NCBI RefSeq assembly: GCF_000150275.1
Contig: NW_002060945.1
Span: 879,872 to 943,871, forward strand
DNA from: Trichoplax adhaerens
Taxonomy: Eukaryota > Animalia > Placozoa
Length of the DNA stretch: 64,000 nt
Reading direction: 5' to 3'
The position numbers were made by a program, and so were the translations under genes. Positions 1 through 13,228 of this stretch are shown in pieces (positions within the stretch are counted from its first letter, which is position 1; every line of letters starts with the position of its first letter). The notes under the pieces are model-generated. The model saw nothing but the letters and a program-made list of their open reading frames with translations. It did no database searches and was not told the origin of the DNA.

Positions 1-3000
1 TGTCTTATGCCACCGTCATTTACATGCAGGGATGGTTACTCATTTAATCTTCAGTGACTTAAGGTAGCTCTCTGTTGACTCAGGTTTTATATTTCTCTGC
101 TTAAAATACATTTCTCACCTTATTCTATTCATAAGGGTAATATCACGCCCATTCATCTAATCTGCTTTAACAGCAGCCTCATCGACTAGAAGAATTCGTT
201 TTAGAAGTTAATAAAAATATAATCATCTATGTAGTGTGTGAGAGAGATGTAGGTATAAACACAAATGCATACGCAATGCTACGTCATTAAAGTTAGGGTC
301 CTCTAGTTACAAAAATAGCTCATTCAAAAAATAATATCATAAGTTGGAGAGTATTTTTAATCCACAGCAACAACTACATGAGGCTTATACATTTACCCGT
401 GACTAACATCTTACAAACAATGTAGCCTTTTTTGTCATACATATCAAGCCAATTTATTCCCTCTAGACAAGAGAAATTCAAACGTCGAAGCTAGCAGGTA
501 ATTATCTACCCCCACAGCATGTGAATGGCATCATGCCACGACCAACAAATAATAGAGTGGAAAGAAAGGAATTGAATCAATGACGAGCTTACCTGACCTA
601 TAGTACAGTATCTACGATGCACTCTAATTATATCCTTCGTTTCTATTCGATACATCATGCATAGATTGGTTGATATTTATATTATGTTCTAGAATCCATC
701 ATTCTTGCTATAAAACGATTGCAGATAATAAAAAATTGTAACAATAGTTAGAAGAGGAGGAGAATAATGTTTAAATAAATGGGCAAGTTGATCCATCAAC
801 TTTCTACTTTAGCCCTCCCACTGCGACTTTGTTGAATTAGAGCTGAGAAAAAAACAAAAAGAAAGAGAATATAAATGCAACTCTTAGTTCAATTATTGTA
901 TTGACTTGAAGGCGACAAAATACTGTTGAAATCGTTCCAGTCGTAACTAACTGTAGCTATTTATTGATTATTGTAAAGCCAGGACAATTTCATCAACACC
1001 CATAGACAGCGTATCAAGAATTTTATTGTTATCAAACCATTCTTGCATCTTCGACTATGATTCTTATGCTAATTATTTTGTCAACTCTACTTCATGAATT
1101 AATAAAAATAGACTGTAAGTGCATGTATATTCAAATACTATTTGATTATCATCGCGTCAATACTACCACCAAACCCAGAAAAAAATCGCTACCATTATCA
1201 ACAAACTTCTAGATTTGTTTTTTCTTGTTTTTGTTTTAAAATTACTATTGTATAAAATTATAATCGTCAAAGTCTATTTGACATCCCTATACATTCCTCC
1301 ATAGCAATGACTTATCGATAAGATTAATCTTAATTCGAAAGGTCATGGACATAAAATAGGACTGATAATTAAATTTGGCTGTATATCATTGAATGATCGA
1401 TTAGGTTATACTTTCCACAATCGTGATATGAAAGGAATTTAGCTTTAAAATGCATCAGTGAGTTTATTCAGTATTATTAAAATTCATTTTAGAAATACAT
1501 ATGTATCTTATCTTAATATTTAACCTATTTTCGCTACCACAGTAATCAATCTAATTTCGTCTTTAATATCAAACAAACAAACTGTCAAGTTTATTAAAAG
1601 TCAAAATTGATTGCATATAACGTATATGATTCCGTTATTAATATTCGTGGATATTACGTATTATTATTTGATAATGACCACGATATGGATAAAATATGTA
1701 CACAAAATGTAAAAGATGATTTTAGTACTGCATAGTATTCTTCCGTTAATAGTACAAGTAGAAGGAAAGAAAGGGAGTTGATCAAAAAAGACGACAATCA
1801 ACATCATTAGAAGTTAAAAGACAATGCTCTATAAATACAATGATGAGTAATAGAAAGAATATGAATATCATCATTAACTGTTAAGAATGTCTACAGGTAG
1901 AAATTAAAAAGTAATATCTAAATGATGATAATTGAGCAATATCCTGGCGTGACCGGTAGAATCGATCGCGGTACATCATATCTTTAACGACATTATCTTG
2001 ATGTGTAGATCTATCATCGATGACTGTACACTATATACCATTAATTACACTTTTCCCCATTAAAGCATGAAGGACGGCATGATCCATCGACTGATTTGAC
2101 AAGGTGTCAATCAGTTGATTATTGATTACTTTTAATGGATGGGAACAAAAACCAACCTACACAACAGCTTTATTGTTGTTGTTATTAACAGCAAAATCTA
2201 GATATAGTTTTCGAATAAAACTATCAATCTCATTCTTTAACGTTATTTTCCATCCTATCCTATTTTACGGTCATTTTCAGCAGATGATATATAATTTGAC
2301 CAACATCAATCAGTTATTGATTCAAATTTATTATTTTCCTTTTTCTCCTACATTATGAAATCAGATTATATTATTTATTTCCTTACCCATTCAATAGCAA
2401 CATATGAGTTAACATATATTGGATTGGCAATATATCCAATCACCATTCATTGTGGTTTATTTCCTTTAAAGTATTCAAGACGATAAAATCAGACTCTGAT
2501 AAGTTAATATCATTACTATTCTCATTCAAAATAACTAAGCTAAGTTGATACTATTTTTTTACTCAGTTGCTTGTTAATAATAAGGTGTCCTTCTCTTGTT
2601 TTAAAATCCTAAAAATACTCATCTATCCCGCTGCGAATGATTACTTAACAAACAAGCGGACATCTTCTGCACTGCAGATGGTTATATTCATACAGGCTAA
2701 GGCTATATGCAGTCCTGTAGAATAGCAATCAATAGATGAAGCTAATAACTATAATGAACTATCAAATCACCTCTGTTTTTATTCAATAAAGTATGACACA
2801 TTGCAATTAATATCAGGTAGCATTCATAACACCATTATTAGTGTAAATATATTAGTAATAATATCTATCATCTCTTAATCATCTGTATTTGCTAAATAGG
2901 ATTCTTATTACATGACGAAAATAGATATTATTCCACTATGAATGATAAGAAAGAACATAATCTAATATTACCTATAAATAGATAGATCAATAGTAACATA

Positions 3001-6000
3001 AAAATTGATAATCAAGTTATTGAGTCGATTGGAACAGTATTAAAAAAGGAGAAATATGTTAGATATCGGTAATCCAATCTACTACTAAATTAATTAGAGA
3101 TTGCATAGCTACATTGCTCATTAATATTTGTAGCCATGAATAACCAAGATTCTTTAATTAAGTGAATCAAAATGTTTAAATAATATTCAATATGATGATT
3201 AAGTTATTGCCAGCTGTAATTAAATAGCAGTCAACAATTTACTAATCACATCAATTTTCATATAAGTATTGTAACGGTAGTAACTTAATGTGGGGTAATA
3301 TTACCAATGATGGAAAGGAATCTAAATTGCTGGGATTCTAGAAACTGTTATCATTCAACACTGCATCATTGAATGATTGTAATTAGGATTATTGACAATT
3401 TGATAGGTTAATATTAGTGAGGCCTGTCTTGTTGTCTTATTGGCAAGTTTATTTAGTTATGTCGGCATGTTTTTTTCTTCTCTTTCTGTCTTTATTGATA
3501 TAGTGCATATCATTATGTATACAAGTATGAGACAGTTGAAGACAATCAATTATTCCATGAGTATACAGACGTGCAATGATTAATTAACTCCTATTATTAA
3601 CTTGATCAATCGTCTTCTTTCAACAAAACTTGAATTAGACCGCCTAGTATTCATTTCTAAATAATTACATTAACCAAAGTGGAATAAATATGTGTAGACC
3701 AAAAATTTTTAAAATGATAGATTCGATTAAATTATCAATTTGACGTAAATGCACACATTACATTTATTTTTTATTTAATCTCAACAAGCTTACGAATTAC
3801 TCAACGTGGCAGCGTCGTAGATCTTACAGTATCCGCCATTTCTAAAAGTTGATTTATCTTAATTCTAATACTAGTATAGTGAGGCATAAATTTGCATATC
3901 ATCATGAATCATCTTTTCTTTTTTTCGTTCTCTCCTTGCCTCTGTTAATCAAGTCTTCATCATATTGAACTAGTATACTTTCTAATTTGGAAGACTATTT
4001 GTTTATCTAAGAACATAAGGCCTTTTCCCTTCTATTCTTTACCCCCTCCTACTCGTTGCCTCCTCCTCCTTCTCTCCATCCCCTTCTCTCATACTCAGAT
4101 TCACTCCTATAACTTACTTCTTCTCGCCTCTTCTCACATCTTATAGAATTACGATATTGTCATGCAGAGACAATAGGTAAACAACTTTATTACATAAGGT
4201 CATCGCAATAAATCGAACTAATTGAATTAAATTGAATTGTAATCGCTTTTTACTATTAGCTGGTTCAGGTAAATAACAAAAAATATTATTGATCAAGTCG
4301 TACCATTAATCCAATTTATTATCACCCAAATCGTCTAAAAAAATAAAAATGGAATCCTTTGACATCGCGATTTAGACCATAGAATATTAGGAATAAAATA
4401 ATAAAAATAAGATTAGAGGTGGAAAATTGGAAATAACCATCAGTATCACTGATGCCGCAGTACGGTAGATATTTCAATAATCGATCATAATAATAGATGA
4501 TTTCTAATATCAAGAATTAAAGTGTTATTCCAATAATCGACTGCCAAACCAGGGAAATAATGGTCCAGAAGACAAATTCAGAATATATATAAAACTATTT
4601 TGACTGGTTAAAGTTGATGTAAAAGATTAGAGTTAGCGTTATGCTGTTGCAGAAGCGATCTCATTTTCAACGGCGATCACTGATCACTAATAATATCTAA
4701 AATTTTAAGTTTTATATTTCATCTATATGATATGAAAAATTTAATTGCACCTCACTCAATGATCATCCCTATTGTAACTAACAAATAATATTATTTACTT
4801 GTATACAATAATATAATGATTTCTAATAACCTGACAAAAATGATTGATGTTGAAATACATACTGAATTTTTAATGAAATAAGGATAAAATTTCATCATGC
4901 CTTTATTAAGTCAATCTAAAAAGAAATGCTAACAAACGTAGAAGCAGTCATATCGAAAAATATAACCGTAAATAATGCAGTTCGAGCAAGTGAGCATGCG
5001 AAAAGCTATGATTAGTCAATGATATTACAAATTATTCAAATTGGAATAAATGTAATAAAGAATAAATTACTATAAATTGTAAACATATAAATATATATGT
5101 AAATTCTAGGAAATTTGATAACATCATTACTAAAATCATCAGAGCAATAGAACAACGGAACTAGTATTTTCAATTGCAGTAAATCAAGTCGATTAATAAA
5201 AGCTACGTTAATATGACTTTGTAATAATAATATTTTTAAAATTATGTAATTAAGAACGCATGTATTAGGAAGAGTGTTATCATTAATATTTCAATGTTGG
5301 TGGTAATTTCGGTTTTGTTGTCATTTAAACTATTTGTTCACTTCTGCTATAGTTTCATTATCAGTATTAATGTTATAGTAATAAATGAAATCTGCTTCTC
5401 AAATAGATAACAACAACGGATAATCATAACCGGGAAAAACAAAAATAGTCTAGCGAACAAACCTTATGATAAAGTTATAGTATTATATTTTTTAAAGTTA
5501 TTGTTATAATACATTATCAGTAAATTCTATACAAACTTGGGTAAAATCTCATTACTTAAACGAATATTCTAAACATAAAAACGTAACCACAATAATAGAT
5601 GATAGTTTATAATATATATTTGACATAATAATAGATTTATAATTACAGTTAGACACCAAAAGGGTCATTTGAGAATTAGTAGTTTTAGTATTAACTACTG
5701 TATGTGCAGTCACAATGTAATAGTACTAACTATATTCATTTTCTATTATTATATGTTAAGTAAGCTATACGTATTATCTTCAATGTAAGTAGTTTTTACT
5801 TTAAATTTGTATGCTGAATTGGTACTGAAAAAGCTAAAAATATTCAAAAAAGAAACAATAAATGATAAAGGATAAATAATATAATAAACCATCGATATCC
5901 AGTTGGGAAAAATTAGTCAATCAACTTGAATAATAATGCTAGCAGTAAAGATATTAATTAAAGAATTTTCGTAAAGCATAAGATTTAGAACTGTACATTT

Positions 6001-9000
6001 CGACTGAACGACGATGAAGCATTTACATATTTAGTAAACTATATGAATTAAATAGGCATGCAAATAAATATCTATTCGTCAAGCATATTGTGATATTATG
6101 ATAACATCATTCTTATATATTCCGTATTTCTCAATAAAGTAATTTGAGGGATAGGAATGAAATTTTAAATAAATAACGTTATATTTAGCTTAATTGATAG
6201 TATAATTAATATAGATCATTAAAATTATAATACTATTGATAATCTGGTTATAGATCGAGCAATTGACGTATTTCAAATACTCTATTTCTAGTCAGTAGAG
6301 TTAGTGTTGCGCTTATTTAAAACCATCTAATGTTAGTAATATTTTAGAAAGTTTCTAAGGTTGAAGGCTATCAATAATGTAATTTAAGCAAATTAAATGC
6401 ATTGTTTTTTCCAATCAAGGTAGCTTTTTCGTTATGATATAATCTAACTTGAACTATAACAACAATGACTACCTTCGACGTATACGAAAAGGTTTCATAC
6501 TGCCGTACAGCCCAAAGAATTAGCTTAAGATTAAAGTTTGAAAGATTGTACGAATACAGGTCAAGTTATTCGTTGGATTGTAAAATTGTGCATAATCCTG
6601 TAACCAGTCATATATAAATCGTACATAAATGATTGAAAGCAATTAGCTCTTGGTGCTGTTAGACGAACCAATTTTATGTAATAAAGTGAACATTTACAAG
6701 AAATAGCAGTTCTTGCTACAATATTTTGAATACACTTTATCCAACATACCCACATATACTTAGAAATATTTAAAAGTCTAATTAAAAATATTACTAGAAA
6801 TACCAAATAGTGTAAACATATATAGCGAAGAGATGATGTCTATAATTATGATAACTATATTGGTGACTGCTATATTATTTGTTTATAACCGCTGATCAGC
6901 CTCTACAATTTTGTATGAATCCAACCTGTATAATTGTGTAAGGATGCGAGATGTGCGTATGCGAATCTATCAAATATGCTGTTTAATAATTTCTACTAGT
7001 AAATATGTAATATTAAAATGAACAGAAAATAGCCCAGTGATGCAGTTTTAATCTAGTAGTAAAGATGCGAAAGTTACTTGCTTAGTAAATTGATAGCGTA
7101 TATATTTGATGTAGAGACATACGTTCTTTGAGTTTGTGATCGATGAAAGTAAATTATATGTACGGTACAGCAGATCATCTACAATTCTACATCTCCTATG
7201 GGAATAATTTAAGACATATATAACTTTGTTTTATATAATGAAATCTATATCAGGTCTACCTTTCCTTCATAAATTGATACTAAATTATACCACTAACAGA
7301 TACAATTAGATGACATCAGAGGATAATATTACTACATAATATTATTTTTTGGTATCAACCTGGAGCGGGTTACTTTATAAGGTTGACAATACTTGCTATT
7401 CTTTCTTCCTTTTAGTGCAATTTAATATATTCTAGAAAACCTAAAATTAAATTATTACTTGCTAGGTTATAATCACAGGTATCATACATAATTAGATTAT
7501 ATTCATTCCAGTAAATTACAATCAATCTTTAATTATAACTGCTGTTCAATACGCCTATGTCAAATAGTATTTCAGAAAAAGATAAGAGCCAGAGAATTCG
7601 AAAACTTTAATGAATCAATTTACTTTTTGGTAATTTACAATAACACCTCAGTTGCTGGTAAATGAAGATTATATAAAAATTGTTTAAACTGTAACCAGCT
7701 TGAATAATTTGGTAGTGATTTTCGGGCAGAAAGTAATTATTTATCGTTACAAACGAAGGCTGATAGCGAGTCACAAATTTGTTTCATTTTTTATCATATT
7801 TACCATGATAACTTTATAAGAAATTCATAAATTAATTATTAATTTCACGCATTGATAATTTCAACCTAATGATACCTCATTGCAATTGATATCGATTATT
7901 CTTGGCAACGACCATGATAATTTAATTCAGATAGTTTTATAGTATCATAAATCTCTAAATAACTCTCTTTTAGCACTATTGCTTTCATATCAGGCGTAAC
8001 TTTCTACGTCAGTTCTGATTAATTATCATTTTAAAATCAGGAACATCGATCACTGTATTACATGATGCTTTCACATCGACTAATCAATCATCTCTTGAAG
8101 CTATATCCATATTGATATTTAAATTCAAAAAAGTCTTTCAGTACAATAATATCTTACAATAGCTGCTTAATATAGTTGTAAATTTCTTTTGCACTACATG
8201 ATTCTCCACTACTCTGGAATATGTTTTCTTCATAACACTTACTTTTAATCATCTATCTGATACAACTATTTGTGACAAAAAACCTTAATTCAAAATGTAG
8301 ATAAAGTTTTGAAGAAAAGCAATTTAGGTATCGTGCTATAGTAACTCTTTCCGCAAAATCTATTAAAAAAAGGTTAATTGTTTAGCAATTTTATTAATTA
8401 ATGACAGCGAAATGTAACTGCTTCTAAGAAATTTATCATTGTTTTTATTAATATTTATATACCTTGAAAAGCCTTTTTAATATTAAAAGCTCTTCCCAAG
8501 GGTATTTTCATAAATTGAGATTTGCTTAAAAGAGAGAAATAGTAAAGTATATAGTAGCTACACAGCATTATTAGGTCTCCTAGTAATATATTTCCTTCGC
8601 AGAATAGTCCGATAAAGATACACTCATATGGTATGATTAAAAATATGGATGCAATATACAATAGCTAGTAGTGAATAAAATTCAATCAACCTAAATTCCT
8701 ATCATTTGACTCAATTCTTTAATATTGGAATGGGTTAGTTCCCTCATAGGAACATCCCGAAGTTAGTCGGAGATTAAGTAGGGTAGATAGACTAGTTTAG
8801 GTCCGATCACGAAAGCTATTTTGTGACACTGCCTGTCACAGCGTAAATTATTCACTGTAACTAATTTTTTTATGAAACATTCAGTGCTATAGTAAGATAT
8901 TGAATTTATTATGATAGGTGTTTAGATGCAGTTTATTGCAACGTTGTATATCTGGAAAAGTGCATGAAGTGTGCTTAATTCTTGAGTTATTGTTTACGAT

Positions 9001-12000
9001 AAAATTATTATGCATGCAGGTTCTCTTATAAACTTTGCTATAGTTTCTGAATTTGTATCAGAATAATATTATGATTATCGAAGCCTCATTTTCAATCTTC
9101 ATGCTGTTGTCAGACTCCGATTGACCTTGGCCAACCACACATAGCTGTATCGCGTTATGTACGATATTCGTGTTAGTGCAAGAAAATGTATATAAAGCTT
9201 GTATGCATTAATAATAAAATTACATGTAGATCATGAGTTGATAAGGAATTCTACTAGATCGGCCCTAGCGAAGAACTGGCTAGTTGAGTTGTTTCTTATC
9301 GATACTGTTCCAAGTGTGGTTCAGAGAGTACGACAATTTTGGATCTAGTGGTCCTTTTTGTTACAAAGAGCTTATTGCAACACTGCCCTATTGTAGGGTC
9401 TCATTATTTAATAGAACATGTAAAAAACGCTTCGTAAATGCTACTAGGGAATTCTAACTCGGCTTTGAAGGTCAGTATTCAGTATAGTATGGCTGTATAA
9501 TATACTGTGGTGTGATGTAGTACAATGTAATGTGCAGCAAATGGCACTGTATTCGCATTAATGTACGCTAGCTGGATAGCATATTAACAAGATTTTCTGT
9601 TATTATTATGTAATATATAGAAAGAGATTGTACCTGAGTTAATCCTATAGTTTTTAAACAGTTATAGAGTTAAAATTTCGACACGAAAGTAGCCTTAATT
9701 TGATCAATATAACTCAAATTGGGATTCTTTTGATTTAAATCATTTCCACAGTAAGAAACTAAATAAATCTATGCCATATATAACTCCATTTAATAACAAA
9801 ATACTGATAAAGTGCAATAAAATGATATTTGAATATTGTATGACTTGCTGCGAATGTGTATTTGCTGAATTTTGAACTAAATTTACTGAATATAATTTAG
9901 CTAATTTAAATACAATTCTGTAGTAAATGGATCAGTTGTTCAGAATAAATGCTGTTCTATGGTATAAGTAGAACTATATCCACATTCGTTCTATAACTTT
10001 TGAAATATTTATAGTTACTATCCTCTAATACGAGTAGATACAACTTAATTGTTATCATCCAATTGTTGTATTGACTTATTTAAAAATTGAATAAACTTGT
10101 ACTAGATCTTGTACAATAAATTTTGACTTGATTTAAGAATTAGTACTGGTACAGAAAAGTGAAGCTCTTTGAAATAATAATGTGCTGTACAGATACTATT
10201 TACAACTGCAAGAGAAATAACAGCAGCTATCATTAAAAGCAAATATATTAGTTGCAGTAAACAACGTACATAAGTGATTAAGTTAGAACTATCTTAATGA
10301 AATTTATGTAATTATACGTCAATCCAACTGTGAATGGCATGCGCTATTGTAAATGCTTGAAGTTTACAGTATCAATTCTTTTCATTTGATATGAGAAATA
10401 ACAGATTAAGTATCAGTCAATGATCAAGTAAGACTTAGTAATTGCTTATATTTAATTGCATTGACAGCATAAACAGCTTTTAGTCTTTATTTAAATTACT
10501 TTATATAGACATAAAAAGATCGAAACTTTTAAGTTCAGCAAATACGTTTCATAAAATATTCAATAGCGCCATATTACGTCATTACTCAGATATGAGAATG
10601 TCTAAATTTACTATTCAATTAAATTAAGGTATTAAACATTCAGCATCCTAAGGAGATTTTGAGTAATTTGATTAGGATACACGCGTAAAAGCTATGCATG
10701 CTCAAGTTATCAGCTTGATACACTTATAGTGTACACATATTAATTGAAAATCGCCTTATTTATCAATATCACACTTCGGATCATTGCTTGATGTATATTA
10801 GTTTTATATCAAACTATGATTGATTGATTACTTAAAAAATTATCTTGACATATTCTTATTTATTTATTGAATGACTTATTTAACTGCATTCGAACAACGG
10901 TTATAATCTTAGATCTATAGCCAAAAAAAGAATACACAAACATTAATATACAATATTGCATCATCAATAAGAAGAATAGGGCGCAATTTCTATTTTAACG
11001 ATGAGTCATGGAAAAAACTTTTAGTATTTATTTTCACGTATTGAAGGTTTATCTGTAACGCCCACTGTAATTAATTACTAGGATACCCACTTAAATTAAT
11101 TCTAATAAACTGTACCGATATTATATCAAAAGATTGGCCTATTCTAAAGATTGAATATGGGTATAATCTATTTATGACGCTTCAATCCTTTCCAGGGTAT
11201 CCTGAATTCACAAATTTTATACGATTATTAGATTACAGTTGAAATACTTGACTATATTTTGAACTTAAAAATTAAATATCCTCCGTTTATGATATTTGAT
11301 CCTTTCTTTAGATTATAATATTATCTTGTAAAAGCCTGGCCTTTATGTTTTAGATTAGCAGTAAAAGTTCTTTCGCTTATTCCAACTTCCAAGGATAAAA
11401 CTTTATACGATAATTGTATATATGACGCTTATACTATTTTTAGAATCTCAGAAGAGCAAGTCCCACATACTCATTAGATTAAATTTTAAAATATTCACCC
11501 ATTCCTAGGAATTGGATTTAATTATCTCCAATTGTGATATTTAAGTCGTTCCTAGATCACCCTGAGGGCAAATTCTATACAACTTTATTGCATTAAAAAT
11601 AAAAACAAAAATGCTCTAGTTCTAGGAACTGAATTTAATAATCTAAATTAGGTTCAAATTATCTCTAAAATGTTTTAAACAGTAAGCTTTGATACGTATA
11701 CTTATTATATAAAGGTAAAATATGTACATATTACAAAATAATTGAATTTAAGAATTGTATGTCATATTGAGGTATCACTAAGGAACTTTAGACCAATGTA
11801 TTTTATGTGCTTATTCGATTAAGAGTATTAAGGATTTTAAAATATTATTGAAAATTATCAGATTCATTGCCTTACTTCATTCTTTTGTTTATTAAAACGA
11901 AATTCGGTGTGTACAACAAGTGTAATTAGCTTCTATACCAGTTTTAAAGCCCGTCAAATCCTCGACTGTGCTTTTCGATATAATCTAAGACAGTACGGTA

Positions 12001-13228
12001 AAATCTTAACATAAGGGGAAAATGGAATCCATCATTCAAAATCAAGCCAGATCGTAATAAGCTATCAAATAAGTCGGAGCTTATATTAATAGGCTATAAC
12101 AAAGAGTAAGGCAACATCAAGGGCCTAATACTAGAATATCACTGCGATGGGTAGTTTATTGCTATCCAGCAATATTTAGAGCTTTCGCAATATCTAGAAA
12201 TTTGTCATCGTATATACGATAAATTATAATTATTTACAAATGCACAAGCCTTGTTATTGAAGCAAAAGCTGATGTTTCATCAGACTAAACCAATAAAGGC
12301 TATAATATTGTAAACTAGTAGTAGCGCAATTAGTTATTAGCAAGGATTTTGTTGGATTTCAGTCCGGAAGAACTATACAACTTAAGGAAGACCAGTTTTG
12401 AGTAAAGATCTTAAAGCCTACAACTGCGGCCACCAATGTGGTTCTCTTTCAAACTTTTACTGTTTTATTATCGTCATTTGCAAGATGCTACAATGTATAT
12501 ACAAATCTACCCAGATAAATAAAAGTAACGATCATTAACTTGAAATCTTGGTAGATCAACACTATCAAATATTACATAATTAAATTATTGGGACTATAAT
12601 AATTATCTATTAGCTTGGTAATGATAATACTTGGCGACTAAAATAGCTACCTTTTTATATATTAGTCTAGCCAAGTTTACTTTAAGTTTACAGATACTAT
12701 CATCATTATTAAATCGGTTTCGGCGTAAATTGTTGTACATTGAAAGACTTGTTAAATATATTGTTATGAAAATAGCATTTGGTTGTACAAAGAATTTATA
12801 ACCTTAGGTTAGCGAACATAATTGAACTACCAGTGTAGACTATAGTAACGTTGTTCATTCGAAGCGCTATATATAATTATTAAAATTTCAATGTGTCTTA
12901 ATAGTAGATCGCCGAACGAGACATTATACATATAGGCATTAATCCATTGACCAATATCATCTAATGTATTCTTCGTGACTAGAGAGCAGTGAGTCAGATT
13001 AAATGCCCAATAAACTATTAGACTTCATAATTTCATAAATATACTAATGATATGCTATTATATCATTAAGTCCATAATGAATGTATCGGCGAATTGTCAC
13101 TAGTAAAGCGATACATAATCGAACACTTAATTTATTGTAGTCCTACATCCATAGATATTTACGAATGTGACAAATCTGATCTCATCATGTGGGTTTGTAA
13201 TGCTTAGTTGCTTGCAGAAATTGTCTTC

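Noticed and set aside
2122-8661. Short ORFs in the left gene-free region (2122, 4322, 6561, 8455)
   Set aside because: Low-complexity I/L/F/Y-rich translations typical of AT-rich non-coding DNA, mostly with non-ATG starts and no motifs.
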